Shown: one piece after another, positions 10,539 through 21,600 of the stretch
Position numbering within the stretch: the first letter of the stretch is position 1
Layout of the letters: every line of letters begins with the position of its first letter
From: Azolla caroliniana
Taxonomy: Eukaryota > Plantae > Polypodiophyta
Reading direction: 5' to 3'
Length of the DNA stretch: 64,000 nt
Assembly: GCA_043228905.1 (NCBI GenBank)
Contig: JBHGNT010000020.1
Span: forward strand, 1,736,001-1,800,000
Program-made: the position numbers and the translations under genes
The notes under the pieces: generated by a model
The model's input: only the letters and a program-made list of their open reading frames with translations
What the model was told of the DNA's origin: nothing
The model's database searches: none

Positions 10539-12848
10539 GCTAAGTGATTTTTCAAACTGTTCGTGGTGTATGAGTTTGATGTATTCTTCTACTTTTTGTT
10601 TCTTAGCTACTGGATTTGGGTATGCCGCTAGGTGCGCCAGTAGTTCTTGATTCGGATTGACGGGTAATGTTTCTGTGTCTCCCTCCGGTTCTTGATCTTG
10701 TTTTGAGGTCTGCGTGGAATTATTCTTCCTAGATTTGCGTCTCTTACGCGCGGTCACGGGGAGACCTTGATCTTGGTATTTTAAATTGTGCGCTACTCGT
10801 TGGGCTCGTGTGATGACATTGGCACCGATTGTGGATGGCACAATGGACAACAGATTTGTGCCGACCCTTTTCTTCTTTTCCGGGCAATCAGGTACTAGGT
10901 GTTCTTTACCGCACCCTGGGCATGATGCTTCTCTTTGGAACCATTCGATGAGGTCTTGTGACTGTTGGGTGGGCCCTTGCGCCAATGGTTGTGGGGGCGT
11001 GTCGAGTGGGAGGTGTCGTGGTCGTTGGGCCATCCAGTTGTAGTACTCATGTTTGGTTGGGCACTCGCTAACCATATGCGGGCCTTGGCAGTTGAAGCAT
11101 TTCAATTCTGACCTCCTCAGACCATTGTTGTTGCGGTATCCCATAGGGGGTCCGCGTTGTTCCCCTCTCAGGACATACACTGGTATTTGATCGCCTTCAA
11201 AATCCACGAAATGGGATAACACCTCTTCTTCAATGCCATACTCCCTGTACGGGTCTTCATATTTGGGGGTGCTCGTTCCGACCTGGGTTTGGTTATTTGT
11301 GGTATACTCCAGTTCAGCGAGGCGGGCACCGATGCGCGGTAGTGGGGGTTGTTGAGGGAGTATCACTGGTAGTGGTGGGCGGCTAAGTGGTGGGGGGGAG
11401 CGTGGGTGTTCCACCATTGGCGTTTGGCCGTACCTTCCAGTGGGGGCTTGCCAGCAGTTCTCTTGCGTATGCATTACGAAAGCTTTGCACCACTTACAGT
11501 ATTGCGGCCGTCGTTGATGAAGGAGGGGACACTCATGTCCCGTGTGGTGTCCGTGACATACCGTGCACCTTACATTTTCTCGTTGGGCGTATGCTTGGGG
11601 TGTTCGTCGTGGTGTGGGTAGAGCAGGGGTGGGGTCGAAGGATTTCTCGCGGTTGTTCATGGGTGTGTGAGTGGGTATGTGTAATCCACTCATCGAATCT
11701 TCAAAGGTCATCACTACTATGCAGGCTTCAGCAAACGATCGACACATCCAGGCAATCAGGAAATTTTGGAGTGTTGTATCAAACAACCCATTAATGAAAC
11801 GGCTCATCAACTTGTCATCCGACATCTTGTCGTTCGGACTACAACGATGATGCAAGCTTTTTGTGCGACGTATGTAGTCCCTGACCGTTTCGTTTGCTTC
11901 TTGTTTGAGGGCGAAAAGTTGGTCAATCGGGTTCCATTTATTCCCTCTACGAGCGAAGTTTATCAAGAAATCCTCGATGACGTACTCGAAATCGGTGGCG
12001 ATGTCTTCATTCAAGGTTCGAAACCAGATTCCGGTTTGGTCGTCAAGTGTGAGTCCAAACGCGGCTACCTTGGTGATCTCTGTGAGGGGTTCATAAGCGC
12101 GGCAAATCTGTTTGAACCTCTCGACATGGTCATAGGCATCGCCGAAACCGAGGAAACGAGGTACTAGTTTAGAAATGGAAGCACTCTTCCCACTGTCATT
12201 TGTGAGGTTTCTCAGATGGTCTATGGGTGCTCGCTCTTTTTCCATCAATGCTACTGTAAGAGTTTGTATGGATTGTAGCGCTAGTGCGAGTTCGGCGTTT
12301 GGAGGTGTAGGGGTAGCTTGGTCAAGTGTAGGGATTGTGCCCATGCATGGTGGTGTCGGGTGTCGTTGTGCACGGGTTTCGTTCGGGCTATCGCCCGTTG
12401 TGCTCAAACGCGGTACGGGGTTGTGATCCTGACTTCGGCGGTGTATGTGCGACGATGTTTCTAGGCAGTGAAGTTTTTGTTGCACTCGTGCAAATCTATC
12501 CTTCCTTTCTGCCAAAGCAGCTTCGATATCTCGAGTGGTGCTTTCCGGTTGTCCTCCTTTCGCAAGTTGTACCGTCCATAGATTGATTTCGTGTTCTATC
12601 ACTCGTAACTCTTGCGCTGCGTCTCGTATATGTCTTTCTACACCGAGTGGGTCTGCCATTGGGCTCTCCTGTAGTGGGGGTGTGTTGAGAAGTGCTTTAG
12701 TTCCTGGGCTCGGTGGGAGGTTCATGTTTGGTAGTATCCCCGGAGTTAGCCACCCTCCGTGGTAGTGAGTCGGGTTAGGCGGGCCAGCATCGTGGGTTTG
12801 GTCGGTTTGCGTGGACTCTTCCAGGCGTGCAGGTTGGGTTTTGAACAT
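10539..12848 (-). pseudogene. Gag of element B, cut from pol by the solo LTR
   Basis: Retrotransposon gag core (DHVERFKQIC...LKQEANETVRDYIRR...FINGL) plus four Cys/His knuckles; last residues of the listed ORF come from the solo LTR. Confidence 0.87.
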
Positions 12849-12904
12849 TTTTGTCCATGAGGATCCGGCTATGTTTTCTGGTCAAGTTTTTTTTTTATAG
12901 GTTT

Positions 12905-13160
12905 GTCGAAGGGTGAATCTTCGTCGCAGGTTGAAGATTCGTCGCAGGTTGAATCTTCGTCGAAGGATGAATGTTCGTCGAAGGATGAAGCTTAGTCGAA
13001 GGATGAAGCTTCGTCGAAGGTTGAATGTTCGTCGAAGGTTGAATGTTCGTCGAAGGATGAATCTTCGTCGCAGGATGAAGCTTCGTCGAAGGATGAATGT
13101 TAGTCGAAGGATGAAGCTTCGTCGAAGGTTGAATGTTCGTCGAAGGTTGAATCTTCGACG
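12905..13160. repeat. 18-bp tandem repeat (about 14 copies) in the leader of element B
   Basis: Unit TCGAAGG(A/T)TGAA(T/G)(C/G)TTCG repeated head to tail without spacers. Confidence 0.93.
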
Positions 13161-13294
13161 AGCTTTGCGTGGGAAATTCAAACTTTTTTGCGCCAACGGT
13201 CGCTTTGTGACCCGTGGAGTGATCGTAAGCCGCGAGACTCGCGGTGATTATGCTTGCCCCGTAACGGCCTAAACCTCCACAATGTTTAATGTTA

Positions 13295-13564
13295 ACCGAG
13301 CGATAAAACAGAAAATGGAACTTAATTAAACTATGAAACGATGAGAAAACAGAAAATGGGACTTAATTAAACTATGAAAGGATGAAAAAACAGAAAATGG
13401 CACTTAATTAAACTATGAAATGATGAAAAAACAGAAAATGGGACTTAATTAAACTATGAAATGATGAAAAAACAGAAAATGAGACTTAATTAAACTATGA
13501 AATGATGAAAAAACAGAAAATGGAACTTAATTAAACTTTGAAATGATGAAAAAAACAGAAAATG
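13295..13564. repeat. 41-bp tandem repeat (about 6.5 copies) in the leader of element B
   Basis: CTTAATTAAAC recurs at 13321, 13362, 13403, 13444, 13485, 13526. Confidence 0.93.
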
Positions 13565-13651
13565 GTGGTTCTCTTGCGATTTCTTCCTTCGTTGAGTGGT
13601 TTGCCTCCGAGTTTTTGACCACTCGAAAATGGGCTTCAAGCGTCGGTCGTA

Positions 13652-13669
13652 TCCCCGGCAGCGGCGCCA
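13652..13669 (-). promoter_or_regulatory. Primer-binding site of element B (tRNA-Asp, Athila type)
   Basis: TGGCGCCGCTGCCGGGGA on the minus strand next to the LTR. Confidence 0.85.
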
Positions 13670-13675
13670 AATAGA

Positions 13676-14235
13676 TGTTAAGGATCTATGTATCGATGGA
13701 GTAAGCTCCTCGATGTCGTGGCGGGATTCGGACCGTCGTATACCCTCTTGATGGCGAATCGGGCGGAGATGGTTGTTGGATACCTCCGAGCCTCACACTC
13801 ACTCAACGATTAGTAAATGATTAAGCACGATATCTCTCTCAAGCTCTCTCTCATAGACAATAGATTAATAGATATAGACAATAAGAAGAAAGAGTATGTC
13901 TATTATTAACCCTCTTTTCTAAGAGGTCTAGCACCAACAAGGAGAGAGATTAGTGTTCTCTAACTCAACACTTCACTAATCTCTCTTAAGCTCAAAGGTT
14001 ACAAGAAGGAGGAGAGGAAGCTCTAGCTCTAATCAATAGGAGATCTTTACAAATGGGAGAACCCCCACAAAGCCACTACTATGTGGTTTATATAGCTTTC
14101 ACGTTTAGGGTATGGGCCTTTCACATTTAGCCATCTCTTTGCTTTCCTTTCCTCTTGTCGTTTCCTCTTCGTACTACGTCCTTGTTGATGCGTTCTTATT
14201 CGTGACTGGTTGTGTTGTTATCCCAATGCTTAACA
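13676..14235 (-). repeat. 5' LTR of element B
   Basis: 7-bp terminal inverted repeat TGTTAAG...CTTAACA, adjacent to PBS. Confidence 0.82.
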
Positions 14236-14335
14236 ACAACTTATCAACATATGCAATCGTATTGTGTGTAATGTTTTTTTGAGTGGGGCCAATAATAACT
14301 TGTATATGTGTGTGGTGGTACAACTCCACCATGAA

Positions 14336-17300
14336 TGCATCTACGAGCACAATTACATACTTACATACTCAAATTCAAATACCCATTTTTACTCGAAAGT
14401 AATCTCCCACCCCCATCCATGATCATGAAGGTCATAACATGGAATGTGCAAGGGCTTGGGACTCGACTAGACCAACAAAACAAATGGAAACTGAGAAGGG
14501 ATCTTGAGGGTGACTTATTAGGTGGTGTTGCTGACATCATCATGTTGCAGAAACACCATCTCGATAGTACCCGTTTAAAGGAAGTCATAGACCTTCTACT
14601 AGGATCGTGGCGAACAATGTGGGAACCAACAATAGGTGATGATGGAAATCATGGTGGTATTACATGAGATCATCAAGACCAGAAGTAAGGACGTTCAGGA
14701 AAAGAGACAGAAGACAAAGCGGGGACTAATAGCCTTGCAAAGACTCCAACAGAGATACTCGTCATGCAGTTGGATCACGAGACAAGTTGCCATGGCTAAA
14801 CAAGAACTCATCATGGTAGAAAAGGCAATCTATGACATGGAGTTCCATAGAAGCATGGCTCGCTAGATTCGAGTAAGGGACAAAACCACAAAGAAATCCT
14901 TCCGATCCAAGGGACCGAGGCACACTAGAACAATAATGTGCAACCTCAATCGAGAGGATGGAATGACTACTAAGGATGGCGAAGATATGAGGAATATTGC
15001 CACAACTTACTATAAGCAACTACTTACTGAAGATACTATGGCCATAGGGGAAGACACAAGAGAATATATTATCCTCCATAGCAAGAAAGTCACAACGGAA
15101 ATGAATACATGGCTCACGCGTCCCCTATCAATCGTCAAAATATGGGAGGCACTCTCTGATTTGGATACAAATAGTTACCCTGGAATCAATGGCCTCATCC
15201 CTCTCTTCTTCACGAGCCTTTGGGATACTGTTAAAGAAGACCTCCTCCAAGCATATGAGGAGATCATCACCTCTGGAAACATGTTGGAGGAATTTGGACA
15301 GGGGATGATACATCTCGTTCCTAAAGGTGGTGGGAGTGCCAACAACATTAGTAACTGGTGACCCATAACTTTTCTCAATACTATCTATAAGTTGATCGCA
15401 AAAATCGTGGCACGCCGCTTAGCACCACTTCTCCCTCAACTCATTCATTCGTCCCAAACAAGTTTCGTTAGAAATCGAAGCATCCGAGACAACATTTTCT
15501 CATTCAAGGAAGCAATAGCCCTTGCCAAGTGTACCAACAACAACATAGTTGTGGTGCTCCTAGATTTTGAGAAAGCATATGACAAGTATGTTGAAATTTT
15601 CTAGAAAGTGTGATGGAGAAACTCGGCTTTCAAGAGTCATGGATAAAAGGCAGTGCAAGCCTTTATAGGAATGCCAACAGTTCCGTTTCACTAGCATGTG
15701 AAATGGACCCGTTCTCTGAATATCACGATTTGTATGACATGGATGCCCATCGGCTCCATCCTTATTTTTATAATACGCCATGCACTCTAGCTTTCTCAAC
15801 TTGCGGCATCTAAACCTATGTGGTCTTCCTATGCCTCACTCTCAACAAAGCCTCATGGATATAGAATTCGCAAATGACACCACAATCTACATGCAAGGGG
15901 ACTTGGAAAATCTAAAGAAGCTAGAAAGTGGATTAGCCATGTTTTGCAAGAGATCAAACACCATGACCAATTAGCATAATTCCTGTGCAATATGGCTTTC
16001 TCATGAAGCACATCTTGCATGGCACCCACATCCCACTTTCAAGTGGATAAATCAGGGAGCGAGCACCAAATATTTGGGTTTCCAGATTGGATTCAACATT
16101 CCTCCAAAGACGATGATAACACTAGTTATTCACTCCATTCGACAAAAGTTGATACATTGGAATTTGCAAAAACTCTCGTTAGCAGGTCACATCATAGTGG
16201 CAAACCAAGTATCACTCGCAACAACATGGTACAGTCTATCATGTTGGACAATCTCCAAGGAAAGTATACATCAGATTCAGACACTAGTACACAACTACAT
16301 TTGGTCCGGTAAGGAAGATCATGCAACTCGAGCCAAGGTGGCGTGGCCTATACTCACATCACCTAAGTTGAGAGGAGGATTAGGTCTGATTGATCCCCTC
16401 TCACAATCCAAAGCCCTAATCGCCAAATTTGTGGTGCAAGGACTCCAACTAGGGGATGATTGCTGGAAAATGCAATTGCAATTACGTTTCACTTACTTTA
16501 AGCCAGGAAAAGGGGCCAATTGGGCTCCTCAAACGAGATGGATTCTAAACATGGAACTCAAACCAAGTTTCTCATGCCAATTGGCTTAGTCAACGCATCC
16601 TATGGAACCCATGTATCATAGATGAACCAGGGCAACTAATTGGATCAAGTAAGGGCTTGTCACCACATGTCGTGTTCACCACATGCCAATGGCTATTAAT
16701 ACATAAGTCACTACCGGTTAGAGCGTGGCAACGTGAGAACCTTAGCTCTCCTAATTGTGTAGAGTGCCCAAATGTAATAGAATCAATCCAACATGCCCTG
16801 TGGGGCTGCCCAGAGACCCATCAAATATGGTGGGGGATTGGCCACCTATTGCAATTATGTCAGGTGCAAGGCATAATCAAGTGGGGAAATGTATATTGGT
16901 CATCATGACAGGCCCCATTTGACAGGTATGAACATCAGGAGAAGGGGAGGAGTTTGGTGGTAAAAGCACAAGAGGTTCTTTTTTCCACCATTGGCAATAT
17001 CCACTTAACTCCTATTAATGCCTAATCTCAAGTTGTGTTGGAATTGTTGAGCCCAATAACTCTTTGGACTCTATAGAAACAATGGTGTATACGGGTCTTC
17101 TCCAACCAAACCATGCATCCAGTAACGTTAATGCAAGAGATATGGAGTGAAGTTGTAGCCACTCTAAAGAGCCACTGCGATGGCCTCATGGGCGGATCTG
17201 ATGAAGTTGAAAGAAAACGACTAGCATTCATCCAACAATGGTCGTCCTCTCCCTTTCTTGAGTCAGTGGGCATCCACATAAGATGGAACTATCGTGTCCC

Positions 17301-17373
17301 TGCATGGATTTGTATATAACACTCTCATCTGTAAAATTTTATAAGTAATGGAAGGAGTTTTTTTGGGAAAAAA
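14336..17373 (+). mobile_element. L1-clade LINE copy 1, 5'-truncated and internally deleted
   Basis: Endonuclease start KVITWNVQG, RT fragments (PGINGL, LLDFEKAYD, EFANDTT), zf-RVT (CVEC...HALWGC), A tail, imperfect TSD AACTCC(AC)CATGAA at 14322 and 17374; colinear with 32326-36529. Confidence 0.9.
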
Positions 17374-18119
17374 AACTCCCATGAAAACAATAATAGATCT
17401 ATCACTATGGTTGATCAATTTTAATTTCACAAATTGGCAAACCACTAATATGGTATATATGTAAGTTGGCTCCACCATGTGCAAAAGAATGTATACAATA
17501 TTGACAAGTTATTGGTAAAAAAGAAAAGCGTAGTAATTGAGTCTTCCAAGGGCCCCATGATGGACTAAGAGATTTTAAGGTGGACATTTCTTAACCTACT
17601 GCTAAGTTGGATTTGAACTTCTCCAAAAATATATATTTTTTCTACCTAATTTTGTGTCATGTAAAATTAGCTTAAATTCTCTCCTTCATCTTTAAATGAC
17701 ATCTCCCTACCATTGCGAACCCAACATGGCATACTCATTTATGTTATTGTATAGATAGGCCAATATGCCAAATATCTCAACCTCCCTACCATAATGGACT
17801 TGAAAAAAGACCAACAAAATTCTTATGTTATCATATAAAGTCATAACAAAGGAAATGCCCTTCAACATTAGTCCCATCGTGAACAACCAAACATGCTCCT
17901 AGAGAAATTATAGAGTTGATCCATCACATGTCTATAATATCCATATTATACGGCCAATCCATCAAATTATAGAGCCCGATCCAAGAGGAGTGGACAAATG
18001 ATGGGTGTCTTGGGTCTAGTAAGGTTTGGGTGGACGAACGGAATGCATGTGTCGGGTTACACGTGAAGAAGCAAGGAGCAAACTCAACATCACCACATTT
18101 GGTTGGGTTGGTTTGTGGG

Positions 18120-18620
18120 GAGGGGTATTTTGAGAAATAAAGGGAAAAAACAGAGGCGCAAAGGGATGTTTCGGGAAATAAAGAAAAACAGAAAAATAGT
18201 CTCAGGGGTATTTTAAAGAAAAATAGAGGTAGGGGTATTTTTGATAAATACAGAAAAATAGTCTTAGGGGTATTTTAAAGAAAAATAGGCATAGGGGTAT
18301 TTCATATTTCAATAAATAAAGAAAAATAGGAGGAGGGGTATTCTAAAGAAAAATAGACATAGGGATATTTTGATAAATAAAGAAAAATAGGAGCAGGGGG
18401 CATTTTTGGTAAATAAAGAAAAATAGGTTCAGGGGTATGTTGTTAAATAAAGGAGAACAGCTGCAGGGGTATTTTGGTAAATAAAGAAAAGCAGGAGCAT
18501 AGGTATTTTAGAGAAAAAAATAGGAGCAGGGGTATTTTTGGTAAATAAAGGAAAATAGGTGCAGGGGTATTTTGGTAAATAAAGGAAAATAGGCACAGGG
18601 GTATTTCGGTAATTACGGGA
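18120..18620. repeat. Degenerate approx. 30-35 bp tandem array just upstream of PIG-A
   Basis: Repeated AGGGGTATTTTGGTAAATAAAGAAAAATAGG-like units ending about 60 bp before the ATG. Confidence 0.85.
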
Positions 18621-18677
18621 AATTTTGCCTTCAGAGTATGTAAATTCAAAACGAAACATCTGTACAGAAAGAAAGCT

Positions 18678-21600
18678 ATGGCGATGGAGGAGGAAGCTCC
18701 TGCTGCTTCTTCTCTGCGGCCTCCTCCTCCTCCAGAAATAGGACTTCAATCTTCTTCTCCTGCATTTCTTCTGCAGAAGGTTCCGGATCAGGATTACAAG
18801 CTGAAGAATGGGGGCCTTGATGCTCCTCGATGGCAACATCGCGTCCTCATGGTCTCTGATTTCTTCTATCCAAACTTCGGAGGTGTGGAGAACCATATCT
18901 ATTATCTCTCGCAGTGTCTCCTCAGCCGTGGCCACAAGGTAAGTTAAAATCCATCACCATCGCCGTTTATCTTCCCTTTTTCTTTTCTCTGGAGTAAAAA
19001 TCATTCTATTTTGATTCTCCGTACAATATTCTTTCCTTCCTTTCTTTCCTTAGATCTTCATTTTCTTCCTCACTAGAACCCACGAACATTCATTTTCTCT
19101 GTAAACCTCCTTTCTGCACAGCTTATGTTTATTTAGATTTTTCGTCTGAAAGGTTGCGTATTTTGCTTTCTCAATATGCTCCTTCCATTTTGTTACCCAT
19201 GCATCGATTGGTGTTAAACACCGTCCATTCAAATTTGATCAAGGTTTATTCATAAATCTTTAGGGCTTGGTGTCTCCATCTTGGAGTAGCTGTTTGAGGC
19301 TAGTACATATGGTAACTGACGGTGTCAAGTTATCCGATGTCTGTAAATGCTTTATATTGTGGTGTGCGTTGCCCCTCATCCTCAATCTCATGATCAGACA
19401 GGGTCCAAAATCCATTATTGATTTCAAGGTCATGAGTAAACTGTGGTGGAGAGTGATTTTCCTTCTCTAATTAAATGTTATTGGCTTGGAACATGACACT
19501 CTCAAGCTTCCGCAGAGAACGCAGAGGGGGATAGAGGTGCGATATTGGGACAATTTAATTATAGATAGACATGCATGAAACGGTGTATCATACCTGTTTT
19601 TCATACATCTGAAATATGTATGCAAAACAAATCAGATGCATTTGTACTGATAAATACAATGGTCGCAACTAGACATTTCTTTAATTAGTCATTCACAAAT
19701 TTGAACTGCTTTTGTTTTACAAGGTTTAATTGGAACAGTTGATATGTATATGGAGACCATGATATACTTTTAAGAATGAGGAGTTACATAATCATGATAA
19801 TGATGCTGTCCTCTTCTCATATATCAGGTTGTTGTGATGACACATGCTTATGGAAGAAGATGTGGAGTGCGACACATGACAAATGGACTGAAGGTTTATT
19901 ATGTTCCAAGGCTTGCATTCCTAATGCAAAACACATTACCTACAATCTATGGAACATTCCCAATCATTCGCAACATTTTAATACGAGAAGAAATTACAGT
20001 GGTTCATGGCCATCAAGCTTTCTCTACTCTATGTCATGAAGCACTTCTTCATGCAAGAACCATGGGCTACAAAGTTGTTTTCACAGATCATTCTCTCTAT
20101 GGCTTTGCAGATCTTGGCAGCATACACATGAACAAAGTATTACAGTTTACTCTCGCAGACGTCCATGAAACCATATGTGTATCTCATACTAGCAAAGAGA
20201 ACACGGTTCTCCGGTCTGGTCTACCCCCACAAAAAGTCTTTGTTATACCAAATGCTGTGGATACAGCTATGTTTAAACCAAATCCAAGTGCTCGCCTATC
20301 GGAAGATGAAGTAGTAATTGTAGTGATAAGCAGACTAGTCTATCGGAAAGGGGCAGATCTACTTGTTGAAGTTATTCCTGAAGTGTGTCGCCTGTATCCA
20401 AATGTATTGTCTCCCTTCAAATGCTAATCTTTTACTAAGCTCTTGTATTTTCAAAAGTGTTCTTGACTGTTAATGTATGTCTCTAAAATGCAAAGGTTCG
20501 CTTCTTAGTGGGTGGAGATGGACCTAAAAGGGTACGCCTTGAAGAAATGAGAGAGAAACACTCTCTTCAGGAACGTGTTGAGATGTTAGGTGCTGTTCCA
20601 CACACGCAAGTGCAATCCGTTCTAGTGCGTGGCCACATCTTCTTGAATAGGTGAGGATTGCAGTTCTATTTCTTATTATCTAAATATTAGTTTTTAAAAT
20701 TTGGATGCAGCTGTATACATTTATTTATGCATTATCATTATCAAATTGTTTATTGCATTTCATATGCTCTTCAATAGAAATATTATATTAAGCTAGAATT
20801 CCTTAAACAGCTAGTCATTGTACTCATTTTTAAAAGTTGTATCTTTTTCCATTTCATTTCTCTTTCCTTAATTCATCAGCCTAGAATAATCTTTTTTATG
20901 TATTGTATTTCCTAGGGATTCCTCATTTTGTCATGCACATTTAAACATGGTTTTGCTCAATATTCTCCTCTTGACACATATCTATATATCTCTGTATATG
21001 TTTATGCATACGTATATGTGTGTGTATATATAATGCTCCTGTATATAATGCCCCTGTTTATAAAATTCATGAACAATACTTTCTATTTCTCTGTAGTTCT
21101 CTTACAGAAGCATTTTGCATTGCGATATTGGAGGCTGCTAGCTGTGGGCTTCTGACTGTGAGCACACGTGTAGGAGGTGTTCCAGAGGCATGTATGGAAT
21201 TTCACTTATTGTTTTGATTATGCTTAGTTTCTGGTTGATCTATCATGTGTTTTTGCATAATTTTTAGAGTAGTGCATTAGCCTCAAATAGTGGCAAAATA
21301 CAAATTTCTATTTCCTTTTTTATGTTGCTGGCTGTGGTGATGAATTAAATGGAACTTGGGGTGGAGATGATATAAAAATGGGGAGCCATCGAAAGAACAC
21401 GTGCATTATGATTCATAAAGATGCTTTTTTGTCCTCTGTGTGTATAGGATTAGGGCCATAATGTGTATGGCAGCTATAAAATATTTGCTTCTGTTGCTGT
21501 TGGCATTTTTACCAAAGTACATGTTGGTGGCAAATGTTGTACAAAGGATGTCATGATGGTTGTTATTAATGCAATCGAAATCTGCAACATCATGACCATT

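Larger units (their letters stand above)
6916..14235 (-). mobile_element. Ty3/Gypsy LTR retrotransposon B (Athila-like PBS), decayed, host of nested insertions
   Basis: LTR 13676-14235, tRNA-Asp-type PBS, fragmented gag (10539-12848), protease (9207-10102), RT (7766-9177), RNase H and integrase N-terminus (6916-7762). Confidence 0.9.

Noticed and set aside
1218-12765. Many plus-strand ORFs of 60-254 aa
   Set aside because: Antisense shadows of GC-rich gag-pol sequence with no recognisable motifs
12882-13564. Regular repeats as a CRISPR array, and the Arg-rich ORFs 12882-13196 and 12913-13272 as proteins
   Set aside because: Units are contiguous with no unique spacers, there are no cas genes, the context is a eukaryotic retrotransposon leader, and the ORFs simply follow from an 18-bp period
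18429-18935. 168 aa minus-strand ORF
   Set aside because: Antisense to PIG-A exon 1 plus translation of the promoter tandem array
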